From positions 2,240,001 to 2,304,000 of the forward strand of contig CBDCOX010000002.1 in NCBI GenBank assembly GCA_965219995.1: a stretch of DNA of 64,000 nucleotides. Reading direction: 5' to 3'. Origin of the DNA: Candidatus Latescibacterota bacterium (GTDB lineage: Bacteria; Latescibacterota; UBA2968; GCA-2709665). Positions 1 to 10,179 of the stretch are shown here, one piece after another. The notes beneath the pieces were generated by a model. The model saw only the letters and a program-made list of their open reading frames with translations, made no database searches and was not told where the DNA came from. A program made the position numbers and the translations under genes. The number at the start of each line of letters is the position of its first letter. Within the stretch, counting starts at the first letter, position 1.

Positions 1-1729
1 CATGGCGGATTCCTTCGATTCGGGCCGCATCCTGCGCAAACGAGCCGCTTCCGTCATTCATGAGAAAGAACGGCGCATCGAACGGCGAGTTGGTAACGAA
101 CACGTCGATGTCCCCGTCAGCGTCGACATCGGCCGATGCACCTCCGTGATGAAAACCGATAAGTCCCTCCAACCCCTGCCCAAGAACGTATCCATCTTCT
201 GAGGATAGAATTAGATACGGCGCCGCTCCGGGAAATGGCGGTTTGTCATAGCCGTGATCCAATATGAAGACATCCATTCGGCCGTCTCCGTTGAAATCTC
301 CCGGAAGAGCCTTTCTCGGGGACAACCGACCGGGCGGATTCGCACCCAGGAACGTCGTGTCGAGTGTGAAGCACCCCGCTCCGTCGTTCAGGTACAACTC
401 GACGGGAATCGGATCGCGCTGCGTGCCATCGCTGGGCGCGAAAAAGACGTCCACGTGACCGTCGCCGTTGAAATCTGCATACGCCACGGCAGCGATACCA
501 CCGCGCAGGTATCCTCCTCTAATTCCGTCGTGACCGATGTACAGGTGGCTCGTCTGCAACGTATGGGAGCTTCCCGCATCCACCGAGTGATCGTCCGGAA
601 GGATTGAACTACACATCGTAATTGCCGGAATTCTATCAAATTGCACGTTCGCGCCTCTATTGCGTAGGGCCGGCAGGTGCGTACTGAAAGACTCCTCCGT
701 CAACGGGTTATTCCTCGCGTCGATCTCGTCGCCGCTGTCGATCCCTGTGTTGGCCGCCAGAGGCGAAAAGTCGGATATTCTATTGTGGCTAAGATTGAGG
801 TGGGTCAGATTGATCATGTTGGCCAGCGCCGAGATGTCCGAGCTGCACTCCTGGATCCTGTTATGGCTGAGATTCAGCGATCTCAGATTTGTCAACTCGG
901 AGAGCGCAGAAATGTCTGCGATTCCATTTTCGCTGAGATCGAGTTCGGTCAGATTGATCAGGCCCGACAGATCTGAGATGTCCGAGAGCCCATTCCGAAA
1001 AAGCGCCAGATTCGTCAGTGTGTTCAACCCTGATATCGCGGATACGTCCCTGATTTCGTTGCCGCCAAGTGTCAGGGATGTCAGATGTGTCAAACCGGCG
1101 AGAGGTGCGATGTTTGAGATGCGGTTGTCGTTCAGGTGCAGGTCTGTCAGTCCTGTCAGACCCGATAACGGAGAAAGTTCGGATATTGCGTTACCGTAGA
1201 AAACCAGTGTTCTCAGATCCGTCAAATCACAGAGCGCAGAGACGTCGGAGAATGGGTTGTACGTCAGCCACAGGGACTCCATATTGGTGGCGAACTGGAG
1301 CCCGGTCAAATCACTGATACTCGCTTCGTGCGCCTTCAGCTCGGTCAAAGTCGCCATTTCCGCGCGTGTGATCGGCGCATCGCGGGCTTTCCCAAGGCTG
1401 TCCGCGACCACAGCGCGTAGATTGGCATCCGGAATCCTCACGTCATTCTCATCCCCGCCGTAGGGCGACGCCTTGCCGAAGTTCTGGGCGAAAATCAGAA
1501 AATCCGGAAAGCCGATCGTGCCGTCGCCATCCAGGTCGAATCGCTCGTCGAACGTCTCATCGCCGTGGCTTGACCCGAATCGGCCAGCGAACTGAACGAA
1601 GTCCGCGAATCCCACCACGCCGTCTTCGTCGAAATCAGGGACGGGACCAGACTGGAACGGTTGTACATCGGACCCCAGGGCCCAGAGGCAACCCGCGGCG
1701 GCAGCGAGTATGATGGAGATGCGCCTCAT
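1..1729 (-). CDS. Secreted protein: signal peptide + paired EF-hand/dockerin-like motifs + internalin-like LRRs + FG-GAP/VCBS repeats (3' end runs off the window)
   Basis: Not in the ORF track because it has no stop in the window. Manual translation from ATG 1729: MRRISIILAAAAGCLWALGS..PDFDEDGVVGFADFVQFAGRFG..DLDGDGTIGFPDFLIFAQNFG, IPDANLRA LRR cap, LRR repeats, then ADFNGDGHVDVF, GDFNGDGRMDVF and DVDADGDIDVF..NDGSGSF. Confidence 0.85.
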   Translation of the reverse strand, partial: MRRISIILAAAAGCLWALGSDVQPFQSGPVPDFDEDGVVGFADFVQFAGRFGSSHGDETFDERFDLDGDGTIGFPDFLIFAQNFGKASPYGGDENDVRIPDANLRAVVADSLGKARDAPITRAEMATLTELKAHEASISDLTGLQFATNMESLWLTYNPFSDVSALCDLTDLRTLVFYGNAISELSPLSGLTGLTDLHLNDNRISNIAPLAGLTHLTSLTLGGNEIRDVSAISGLNTLTNLALFRNGLSDISDLSGLINLTELDLSENGIADISALSELTNLRSLNLSHNRIQECSSDISALANMINLTHLNLSHNRISDFSPLAANTGIDSGDEIDARNNPLTEESFSTHLPALRNRGANVQFDRIPAITMCSSILPDDHSVDAGSSHTLQTSHLYIGHDGIRGGYLRGGIAAVAYADFNGDGHVDVFFAPSDGTQRDPIPVELYLNDGAGCFTLDTTFLGANPPGRLSPRKALPGDFNGDGRMDVFILDHGYDKPPFPGAAPYLILSSEDGYVLGQGLEGLIGFHHGGASADVDADGDIDVFVTNSPFDAPFFLMNDGSGSFAQDAARIEGIRH

Positions 1730-2017
1730 ACAGCGAAATCCTTTCGTGACGTGCAGAACTTACGGCTGTAGACCCTGTGCCGGCTTCGACAGACCGGATT
1801 CGGGGAGACTTATGCAATCGGTCAGGCTCCGGGCCCCGGACTGGACCCGTTAACGCGGAATCAATCGGGTTCGAACCGGGTCGCCCCGTATAACCACGTC
1901 TTCGTGCAGGGTCGTTCCAGAGCCTCCTGTCAAATCAAATTGGCAAAAAATGAAACTGTTTTTCTTGTCATTTACCGAATTATAACTATAATTCCCATCC
2001 GGTAACGTTTTTCCCAG

Positions 2018-2311
2018 GATGCGCTTTTGCGATCTGTCGAACGGACGATCGACACCGAGCTCTCTGTCGAACTGTCCTTTCTGTAAAACTTCGATGCGAC
2101 CAAACAGGCCATTCAGAACATCGTCGATTTGCCGGATCGACAGATTGATCTCTTCATTCGTTTCTGTATCCAGAACAACGGCCGCCTTTCCGCACGGAAG
2201 CGAGCCAGCCACTTCAGCCGCCTGGCGGACGAGGAAATCGACGCCATGGAGCGGGCTGTGCAATCGAATTACGGAAACGGAACGGCGGCCGATCCGAAAA
2301 TCCAGGAGTGA
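2018..2311 (+). pseudogene. C-terminal fragment of a Fic-family protein with an internal stop
   Basis: ERTIDTELSVELSFL*NFDATKQAIQNIVDLPDRQIDLFIRFCIQNNGRLSARKRASHF resembles the Fic C-terminal wHTH tail; TAA at 2084-2086; no N-terminus. Confidence 0.6.
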
Positions 2312-2317
2312 GACGGG

Positions 2318-2452
2318 GAGGCAACCGCCGCGGATGACGCATATTTTCTGGACTGCGCCCGCCGGCATGGTGCGCCGCTGTTGAAGCTGGACCGAACGCT
2401 CGGACGAGCCGCAGGTGTATCGGGTATCAGGCTCGTCAGCCTGGAGGGATAG
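2318..2452 (+). pseudogene. C-terminal fragment of a PIN/VapC toxin
   Basis: DDAYFLDCARRHGAPLLKLDRTLGRAA matches the VapC C-terminal pattern YDAY...LLTLD; stop 1 nt before the Phd-like ATG. Confidence 0.6.
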
Positions 2453-2453
2453 A

Positions 2454-3257
2454 ATGGACGTATATACCTATTCGGAAGCCAGGCAGAATTTCTCAACCGT
2501 ACTCGACAAAGCCGCGGCGACGGGCAAGGTCATCATACGTCGAAAAGACGGCAGGACCCGCGCCCATGTGCCGGAACCGTCCTCCGATGCCGCGGCGCAT
2601 GGCCGGCTATATCGGGCGCGCCGGTCTTTTCGAGTGTCATCTACCTGCGGCCCGATGCCGGGCGCCGCGATCCGGGTCAGTATCTGCTCGCATCCTGGTC
2701 ATCGGGTGCTTGTGCAATACAAAGTGATCCGGCTGAGTGAATTGGAAGGTCAACGGATTCTCGATGCCGGCCACGTCGGGCTGATTGCCTTTGCGCCGCT
2801 GATGAAGCCGCCGGAAGGGATGGCTTCCCAGGTATGGTTGCGCCATTGCATTCAAGCTGCTCAGGCCCGGCCAATTGCTCGGTCGGAGTTGGCCGACTAC
2901 CCGGCGGGCATGTCGTTGCTCAGCGGGCTGGCGTATGCGCCGGAAACCATTTCTGACGTCATTTCGAAGGAGGGTATCATGGACCTCATACGCGAATCAT
3001 CCTTTGCCCGATACCTTACCCAACAAGGTATAGAGCAGGGTATCGAACAAGGCGTCGAGCGAGGCATCGAGCAGGGGCTCCGCGAGAGCATCGTGGCCGT
3101 CCTGGAGATTCGATTCGATCTTTCCGCGTCGCATCCCCTGGCCGATTGGATTTCGGGCATTGACGACGTACAGCGCCTTAAGGCTTTACTCCGCGCGGCG
3201 ATCCAGATATCCGGTCCGGAGGCATTCGGACAGTTGTTGGATGGAGAACAACCCTGA
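2454..3257 (+). pseudogene. Chimeric ORF: Phd/YefM antitoxin N-terminus fused to the C-terminal half of an Rpn-family protein
   Basis: MDVYTYSEARQNFSTVLDKAAATGKVIIRRKDG (Phd) followed by YKVIRLSEL..LIAFAPLM..QQGIEQGIEQGVERGIEQG..VLEIRF (Rpn C-terminal repeats). Confidence 0.6.
2979..3257 (+). CDS. Putative internally initiated small Rpn C-terminal protein (RpnS-like)
   Basis: Strong SD AAGGAGG 5 nt before an in-frame ATG at 2979 (MDLIRESSF...). Confidence 0.45.
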   Translation: MDLIRESSFARYLTQQGIEQGIEQGVERGIEQGLRESIVAVLEIRFDLSASHPLADWISGIDDVQRLKALLRAAIQISGPEAFGQLLDGEQP

Positions 3258-3289
3258 TATCCATTCCCTGAATTACCCGATTCGACGCG

Positions 3290-3622
3290 GTCGTCTGCCT
3301 GCCGGCAGGGCCTCCTCAGGATGACAGTTTCGGCGCAGTTATGGCCGATACATTTTTCTAAAGCCTATTGCAAGACATGTCATTCTGAGCGAAGCGAAGA
3401 ATCTCCCGTCTTCCGGATCGTCCTATACACAGCGACGCGGCAAACACATTGGCGCGGACACATCTTCCGCCCTCTGGCTCCATCCCATGCCACAGGAGAT
3501 CCACCGGCGGCCTGTCGTTCTCAGCGACCTCGAAGAGCCCCTACCAAAGCGTGGTCATTGCTTGCACTGAGCTTGCCGAAGTAAGCATGCCTGCATTGAG
3601 CTTGTCGAAATGTCGAAATGCC
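3290..3622. repeat. REP/MITE-like mosaic, left copy
   Basis: 3290-3328 (..ggcagggcctcctcaggatgacagt) recurs at 11509-11566; 3549-3622 recurs at 11097-11170; also contains gtcattctgagcgaagcgaagaatct. Confidence 0.7.
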
Positions 3623-4020
3623 CGTATATCGGAATCCCTTCGACACTCGCGCATCCTCGCAGTGGCCGGTTCGGGCGCAGCCGAAACCGATCGAGCACGG
3701 CCATAGCCACAAAAAGCACAAAAGGCACAGAACACATGGGGCAGTGCCGAACGGAGTGTCGTCCCCGGTGCCGACCCAGGTCACGAACTATTGGCAGTAC
3801 GAACAATTACCCGCCAGCCCTTGACCCTGCAGCACGCCGCAGTTCTGCGCCTTGCTCGCGCGAAGCTTCGTTCTGGCTTCGTCATTCGACACTCGTTTGA
3901 GCGCGCAGTGGTCGTTGAACGCGGCCATACAATAGAACCGTGCGTGGTCATTCGGCGCAAAACCGCTCCAGTGCGTTTCCCCGCAGACGGCACGTTTCGC
4001 AAACCCACCAGGTATGTTGT

Positions 4021-5343
4021 TCACCAATCCATTCGGCGGCATTTCTTAAGTTTTACATTTTTATTTTCCATCCGGTTACCGTGATCATACGTGCTGCGAA
4101 TGCAGGCTGACCACGTTGATCCTTCCTCGTTACGTAAAGTGTAATAAAACCAGGTCCCATCCTTTTTGCCTTCCACATAATCACCCTTGTTTCGTCCGAT
4201 AGAGTATGCCCCCACTTGACCAGAACAGTCGAAACGCCGATAGGTCCATGTGCCCGTCCTTAGACCATTTGTGTCGTAATGACCGGATCCGACCCACGTC
4301 CAGGGCTTGCTATCAAAATTGACGTTGCTGAGTTCACCATTCTGCCAGTAGCCCCTTTTCTGTCCATCCACGTATTTCCCGCGAACAGTGATCTTCTTGG
4401 AAACCCCTTCAGAGTGAGCACAGATCTCAGTCTCTCCGTACCACACACCTTGTTCCCTACCCGCCACAAACGACCCTTGCATTGCTGCCCCTGACCGGGT
4501 ACGTAAGATCCAATGGCCGTGCTTCTCGCCGTCGACATACGGTCCTTCAGATCCGCCACCACGTGAATCACGCAGGACCCAATGACCGCGCTTCTTTCCG
4601 TCCACATAAGGACCTTCGGATCCTCCACCGCGTGAGTCGCGCCAGACCCAGTGGCCGTGCTTCTTGTTGGCTACGTATGGGCCTTCGGATCCTCCACCGT
4701 ATGAGTCGTGCCCGACCCAATTGCCGTGCTTTTTTCCTTTCGCAAGAATGCCGCTATCCGAAAACTCGTAGTCGCCTTTAGACACCATCAGCGTGCCCTT
4801 TCCGTGGGCCACGTTCCCTGAACACTTGCCGGACCAGGTTACGGTCCAATCCTCATCGTAGTTTTCTTCCCAGACATAACATTTGGGATGGCTGGTCAGT
4901 TCATTCCAGCACGCAACGCCTGCAGGCTTTCCCGCGCAGGTTTCCTCCGCACTGATCTCAGGCCATTCAGCCTCGAGCGACAACGCGAGCGCCTGCTTGT
5001 AGTACTCGCCATCTCGACCCGTTAATGACAGATACCTGTTGACGGAATCCAGCGCGATCCTGACTGAGTCAACTGAAATCGCAACGCGAGCATATTTGTA
5101 GTGAAATTCGTCTGGCAAACTGAACTTGTGCTCTTTCTGCAGTGCGATGATTTTCTGCATCAATTCGAAGGCGGCTGCATTATCCTCTACAGCATAAAGT
5201 TGCCCTGCCTGTAACAGATATCTGTCCGCCAGGATCTCGGGCGGGAGCTGGGCGGAGGCCAGAGAAAAAAAGCGGATCAGGATTAACAGGATTGAAACGA
5301 TTGGCAGGATTGAGACCCTGAAACCCTTAGTCGATGGCCGCAC
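4021..5343 (-). CDS. Secreted protein: helical/TPR-like N-domain + Cys-rich module + MORN-like repeats (paralog 1)
   Basis: LPPEILADRYL.., CAGKPAGVACWNEL..CYVW, 23-aa repeats GHWVxRDSRGGGSEGPYVDGKK; GTG 5343 with SD GGGAGG preferred over the 5370 ORF start. Confidence 0.8.
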   Translation of the reverse strand: MRPSTKGFRVSILPIVSILLILIRFFSLASAQLPPEILADRYLLQAGQLYAVEDNAAAFELMQKIIALQKEHKFSLPDEFHYKYARVAISVDSVRIALDSVNRYLSLTGRDGEYYKQALALSLEAEWPEISAEETCAGKPAGVACWNELTSHPKCYVWEENYDEDWTVTWSGKCSGNVAHGKGTLMVSKGDYEFSDSGILAKGKKHGNWVGHDSYGGGSEGPYVANKKHGHWVWRDSRGGGSEGPYVDGKKRGHWVLRDSRGGGSEGPYVDGEKHGHWILRTRSGAAMQGSFVAGREQGVWYGETEICAHSEGVSKKITVRGKYVDGQKRGYWQNGELSNVNFDSKPWTWVGSGHYDTNGLRTGTWTYRRFDCSGQVGAYSIGRNKGDYVEGKKDGTWFYYTLRNEEGSTWSACIRSTYDHGNRMENKNVKLKKCRRMDW

Positions 5344-5671
5344 TCTGTCTTTCCCTCCCGTGTGTCCCAAGAGTCGCGCAACCCAGGCGCTATTGGATGA
5401 TTGTTGTACTCGCCTTTCTTGTTCTGGCCGTGACGGTGCACTTCACTCGAAACGGGAATGCCTGACAGTCACGATCTGAAACACCGGACCTGATCGTCCA
5501 ATACCCTTTGAACCGTTTCCCGATATCGTCTGTCGGCATTGGCGTTGCTCGGGAACTTCCGGCGTCCTTTTTCCTGGCACCGTCGTGTGTCCGCAGTTGA
5601 CCCACCTGCCGCTCTGTTCATGGACGCAATCGCGATGTTCTCATTCCGGCTGCGTTGTGCGGTTGATTCGG

Positions 5672-6472
5672 CTAAAAGTCACACGTTGAATCACTTGCGT
5701 CGTTCCATTTAGTTTCTCGATCACCATTTCGGAATATTGCTGATAGACACCTATCTCCCGACGGGCGGCCACCTGGACGAAACCTCAGCCATCTGCCTTC
5801 CCTTTTTCCAGCCACATATTCGCCCTTCCATTTCGACTCGCCCTTGTTGTCCCCGAAATCCTTTCTCTCGACCCAATGCCCAACGGACTTTCCTTTCTCC
5901 AGGCGACCTGTGTGCGAGAACTTCCACTTTCTCCGATCATCTGCCAAGATCAGCGTTCCCGGACCGTGCGCGACGCTGCCGTAACGGTTGCCTGACCAGG
6001 TTGCGATCCAGTCCTCATCGTAGTTCTCGTCCCAAACGTAACATTGAGGGTGGCTGGTCAGTTCCCGCCAGCACGCAACGCCGTACGGCTTTCCGGCACA
6101 GGTTTCCTCGGCACTGATTTCAGGAGATTCAGCCTTAAGGGACAATGCCAATGCCTCCTTGTAAAACTCCCCGTCTCTTCCCGCTAACACCAGATACCTG
6201 TTCACTGAGTCAAGCGCAATCTGCATTGAATCCGCCGACAGGGCTAACTGTGCATACCTGAAATGATATTCGTCGGGCAATTTGAAATTGTGCGTTTTCT
6301 GCAGTGCGACGATTTTCTCCATCACTTTGAAGGCGCCAGCATATTCTTTCTCAGCGTACAGCTCTTCCGCTTGCACCAGATATCGGTCCGCCATAATCTC
6401 CGGCGGAAGCTCGGCCCGGACCTCTGTGCAGTTCACCAGCAAAACGCAGAGGATTAAGGTTGCGCGCCACAT
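5672..6472 (-). CDS. Secreted helical-domain/Cys-module/MORN-like protein (paralog 2)
   Basis: Signal peptide, LPPEIMADRYL, CAGKPYGVACWREL; SD AAGGAGG. Confidence 0.85.
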   Translation of the reverse strand: MWRATLILCVLLVNCTEVRAELPPEIMADRYLVQAEELYAEKEYAGAFKVMEKIVALQKTHNFKLPDEYHFRYAQLALSADSMQIALDSVNRYLVLAGRDGEFYKEALALSLKAESPEISAEETCAGKPYGVACWRELTSHPQCYVWDENYDEDWIATWSGNRYGSVAHGPGTLILADDRRKWKFSHTGRLEKGKSVGHWVERKDFGDNKGESKWKGEYVAGKREGRWLRFRPGGRPSGDRCLSAIFRNGDRETKWNDASDSTCDF

Positions 6473-6583
6473 GGATGCCTCCTTGTATCGTTGATCTGAC
6501 CTATTGGAATTGTTTCGGTTTACTTATGCAAGACTTCTCAGCAGATTTTGCCAAAATGCATTGCCGAATTCTGAAATCGTCGC

Positions 6584-7003
6584 TTATGCACAGGATCCGG
6601 GTGGCGCGTCGATCGAAACGTGGAAACCAGTCGCGCACGATATGCGACTTTCCGCCTCTTCGCCAGAGCTCCTCAGGCGCCCTGACACCGTCGAATTCTT
6701 TAAGACAAACTCAAGCGCCTGTTCGGGCATCTCCACAAAAACCGCCGCTTTCGCGTACCGGAAATGGAACGCATTCGGCAGGGCCATGTCGTACTGCTCC
6801 TGCAAGGCGCGGACGCACCGGATCACCGTCCGTGCTCGGTCCTGATCCCCATCGCGAATGGCCTGCTGCGCCTGCAACAAATATGCGCCCGCCCTGATCT
6901 CGGGCAAGAGTTGGGCGGAGGTGGCAGAAAAACCGATCAGGATTATCAGGATTGATACGATTGGCAGGATGAAATCATGAATGCTGAGGATTGCAGGATG
7001 CAT
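6584..7003 (-). pseudogene. Truncated paralog retaining only the signal peptide and helical N-domain
   Basis: ILPIVSILIILIG..QLLPEIRAGAYLLQA..LPNAFHFRYAK; similarity is lost after about 100 aa. Confidence 0.6.
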
Positions 7004-7420
7004 GGTTCGGCTCCCAATTCAGACAGCTATAGGTGAACGTCTCCGAGCGGCACGGAAACGCGACCCTCGACCGATTCTGAAACGGTGCTCATTGTATCAT
7101 ACTCGACGGCGAAAGGTATCGCAGTCCAAATCCGTTACCGTATTCGCCGAAAAAAACCGTGGAAAGGACGACGAAAAACACTAAATACAGGCACGGTCCA
7201 AAACCCCCAAATCGCCACTTTCAGGAGGCACCGCTATGCCGATCATGAGTGGCCCGACTAGGGCGATCCGCGACACCGGTTGCTCAACTCGCAATACCCC
7301 GTGAGTTTCATGTCGTCGTGCTCAAACTCCGCGGGGTGTCACTCTCTCAATTCACGCGGCCAACCGTTTTATTACATCGTCTCCGTTTGATAACCTCCCA
7401 CACTTTGTGCAAGTGCTAGA

Positions 7421-7954
7421 CTATTCCAACTGGAAAGCATCATTGAGCTTTGAAAAATCTGTCGCTGTTGCAACACCCGCGCCGAAAGTTATAAATTCGT
7501 TAAAGGTCGGAACGACGTGAGGCGTTGTGCACTTGGTACAAGAAGGCCTAATTTTATAGCCGCGCCGCAGACTGTATGCAGCAACGATCGCGACCCTTGG
7601 GGCTGTGCGCCATCCTACTCCCATGGAGAATCCCTGGATTAACTTCCCTTCTTTGGGCCAAAGATCAAGGGTTAGCAATATTCCTACATTTTTTTCGGAT
7701 GGGTCCAGCAGCAGACCAGTTATTCGCGCAGGCCGAATTCTACTGGCCATTCGAACTGTCGTCTCAGTTGAACAACCACGTCTCTCGATCTCGTAGTCAA
7801 CGACAGATTTGCCCAATCGGAAATCTAAGCCACCTGCAACGACCAGATGAAAATGCCTATTGCTGGTGTCAAGTGCGGCATCGGCGGAACAAGCGCTACG
7901 CACGCCGCTGACAATGACCGCACCAACCATGAGGAGTACGGGAAGGGTTTTCAC
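7421..7954 (-). CDS. Hypothetical secreted beta-strand-rich protein
   Basis: GTG 7954 after SD AGGAGG; hydrophobic N-terminus; amphipathic beta pattern. Confidence 0.6.
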   Translation of the reverse strand: MKTLPVLLMVGAVIVSGVRSACSADAALDTSNRHFHLVVAGGLDFRLGKSVVDYEIERRGCSTETTVRMASRIRPARITGLLLDPSEKNVGILLTLDLWPKEGKLIQGFSMGVGWRTAPRVAIVAAYSLRRGYKIRPSCTKCTTPHVVPTFNEFITFGAGVATATDFSKLNDAFQLE

Positions 7955-8117
7955 AGTATAACCTCCTGATAGAATCAGTTGAAGACGAACCATAGGCGTC
8001 GCAGTGAGAGAACTCATAATCTCAACTGTCATGTAGCCCGGTCTCTCGACAGACCCGCGCGATCTGATTGAGCGATACAAATGTACAGACCGACAGCACG
8101 TCAAGGCAGAGCTTCCA

Positions 8118-8519
8118 CTACCTTTCTGAGAGTTGCTTCGTTATATCCAATAGCCTCGCATTCACCCGATAAAAGTGCTTGTCAACGCAAGTATCTACCG
8201 CGGCGATTTCTACCAAAAGGCTGTCGCGCATGGCTTCGCGAGAATGAAGCGATCGCCGTGCCTCTGCTCTAATCGAATCCAGCATGACTTCATGCTTTTC
8301 GATTACAAGTTTCGCGAAGTCCTCGCTCAGACCCACCTTGACTTCCACATCTTCGAATTCAGTTCTAACTTGCTTGGCTGCAAGTTGATAACTGGCGAGA
8401 ATACTGGTGATCGTCAGTAAGAGCGACCATGTAGCTTTCCACTTCTCAGACGTCTTGTGGATTCCCCAAATGGCAAACCCACAGACAACCATTGCGAGCA
8501 AAAGCCAATAGATATCCAT
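8118..8519 (-). CDS. Hypothetical membrane protein (2 TM + helical tail)
   Basis: ATG 8519 after AAAGGAG; two hydrophobic segments. Confidence 0.6.
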   Translation of the reverse strand: MDIYWLLLAMVVCGFAIWGIHKTSEKWKATWSLLLTITSILASYQLAAKQVRTEFEDVEVKVGLSEDFAKLVIEKHEVMLDSIRAEARRSLHSREAMRDSLLVEIAAVDTCVDKHFYRVNARLLDITKQLSER

Positions 8520-8955
8520 GCCAACTCCTTTTATTATCTTGAATGGGTGTATATTCCCAATCTGAAACCCGCGGATCTCTGTCCGTAACTCGCGTCTATT
8601 TTGTTGTTGTGAGCGTCCTCCCATGTACATTAAGCCCATTCGAAAGCTCTTCGCCAACAACAGCACGAATTCCACCCCAATTTATCGTATATCTGCGCAT
8701 CCTTTACCGCGTCCCACGTGCGCCTTTTCGTCGTGCTTTTGGCATCTCTCCTCCTTCCTCAGATCTTTGGCCCTAAGGCGGCAGCGAAGAGCCTTGTTCC
8801 CCCCGGAGCGTGTGTGATGAAGTGTCGCATTTTGCGACATCTGGGGCATTCTTGCGCCGTGTCCGGCGTCGGCGACGTCAGGCCGCGCCTGGTGATCAAG
8901 TCCGGCCATATGCATACGTGACCGCCCCACCACGCTGCGCCAAGTTCTGCACCGG

Positions 8956-9855
8956 TCACCACCCCTGGCAGTTTGACTTATCGACTTGCCATGACCCGAC
9001 CTCTTCGCCTTGCCGATAGGTTTTGGTTGTGCATGTTTCGTTGTGCATTTCCAGCCACGGACCTTCTCGTTTTCCGTGTGTGTATTTCCCCCTTTCTTTC
9101 ATGTTGCTATATCTCTGAATGACCCAGGGGCCATGCTTCGCGCCTTCAACGTATGCACCCTGCGATACGAGCCCGAATCTGCTACGCTCGACCCAATGCC
9201 CGTGATATTTACCCCTTCGTAGGCGGCCCGATTCTGAATAATTATCGCTGTCGCTGGTCCAGACCAGCGTCCCCTCGCCCCGGGCGACGCGACCTATGCA
9301 TGAGGCGGACCAGGTTACGGAATAGCCCGTGTAATAGTTCACGTCCCAGACGTAACACCCGGGGCGGTTAGCCAGTTCCAGCCAGCACGCAGCACCCCGC
9401 TGTTTTCCTGTACACATGTCTTCAGCAAGGATCTCAGGCACCTGCAATTCCTCCTCCGCCTCGAGCGACAACGCGAGCGCCTCCTTGTAGAACGCGCCCT
9501 CTTTGCCAACTGCCACGAGGTACGTGTGTACCGACGCGAGTGCGATCCGGACTGAATCGGCCGACATGGCGACGCGTGCGTATTTGTAGAGGATCTCGTC
9601 GGGCAGTTTGAGATCGTATTCCTTCTGCATCGCGAAGACCTTATCCATCACCTTGAGCGCGCCTGCATAGTCCTTTCTGGCCTCCAGCTGTTCCGCCTTG
9701 ACCAGATGTCGGTCCGCCATAATCTTCGGGGGAAGCGTTGGCGGGGCGGTGTCGAATGGTTGGGCGGATGAGGGGGTGACAATGCCGATCAGGATTAATT
9801 GGACCAACAGGATTGGCAGGAATAGAAACCTGTACCACTTGATTACTGCTAGCAT
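8956..9855 (-). CDS. Secreted helical-domain/Cys-module/MORN-like protein (paralog 3)
   Basis: LPPKIMADRHL, CTGKQRGAACWLEL..CYVW, GKYHGHWVE and GKREGPW repeats. Confidence 0.85.
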   Translation of the reverse strand: MLAVIKWYRFLFLPILLVQLILIGIVTPSSAQPFDTAPPTLPPKIMADRHLVKAEQLEARKDYAGALKVMDKVFAMQKEYDLKLPDEILYKYARVAMSADSVRIALASVHTYLVAVGKEGAFYKEALALSLEAEEELQVPEILAEDMCTGKQRGAACWLELANRPGCYVWDVNYYTGYSVTWSASCIGRVARGEGTLVWTSDSDNYSESGRLRRGKYHGHWVERSRFGLVSQGAYVEGAKHGPWVIQRYSNMKERGKYTHGKREGPWLEMHNETCTTKTYRQGEEVGSWQVDKSNCQGW

Positions 9856-10179
9856 GATGTCTGTTCCTCATCTGCCTGATAGAGATCCCGTAACCCACGT
9901 GTCAAAGGATGACTGGTGTGCGCGCATTTCTTGCACTGGTCATGACGGTGCGCTTTACGCGGAGGGCAACACCTGACGGTCAGCATTTGAAACACCGGAT
10001 CCGACAATTCCCTCTGAACCGTTACACGATAACATCCGTTGCCATCGGTCTTTGCTCGGAAACTTCAGCCGTCCTTTTTCCTGGCATCGTCACGGGAGCG
10101 TCATTTGACGGCCTACCGCTCTGTTCATGGACGGAATCGCGATGCTCTCGTTTCGGATTGCGATACGACATCGATTCGG

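Noticed and set aside
660-1199. + strand ORFs at the window start
   Set aside because: Antisense to the LRR/FG-GAP gene.
1930-1996. AT-rich stretch ending TATAATTCCC as an IS end
   Set aside because: No partner end, target duplication or transposase.
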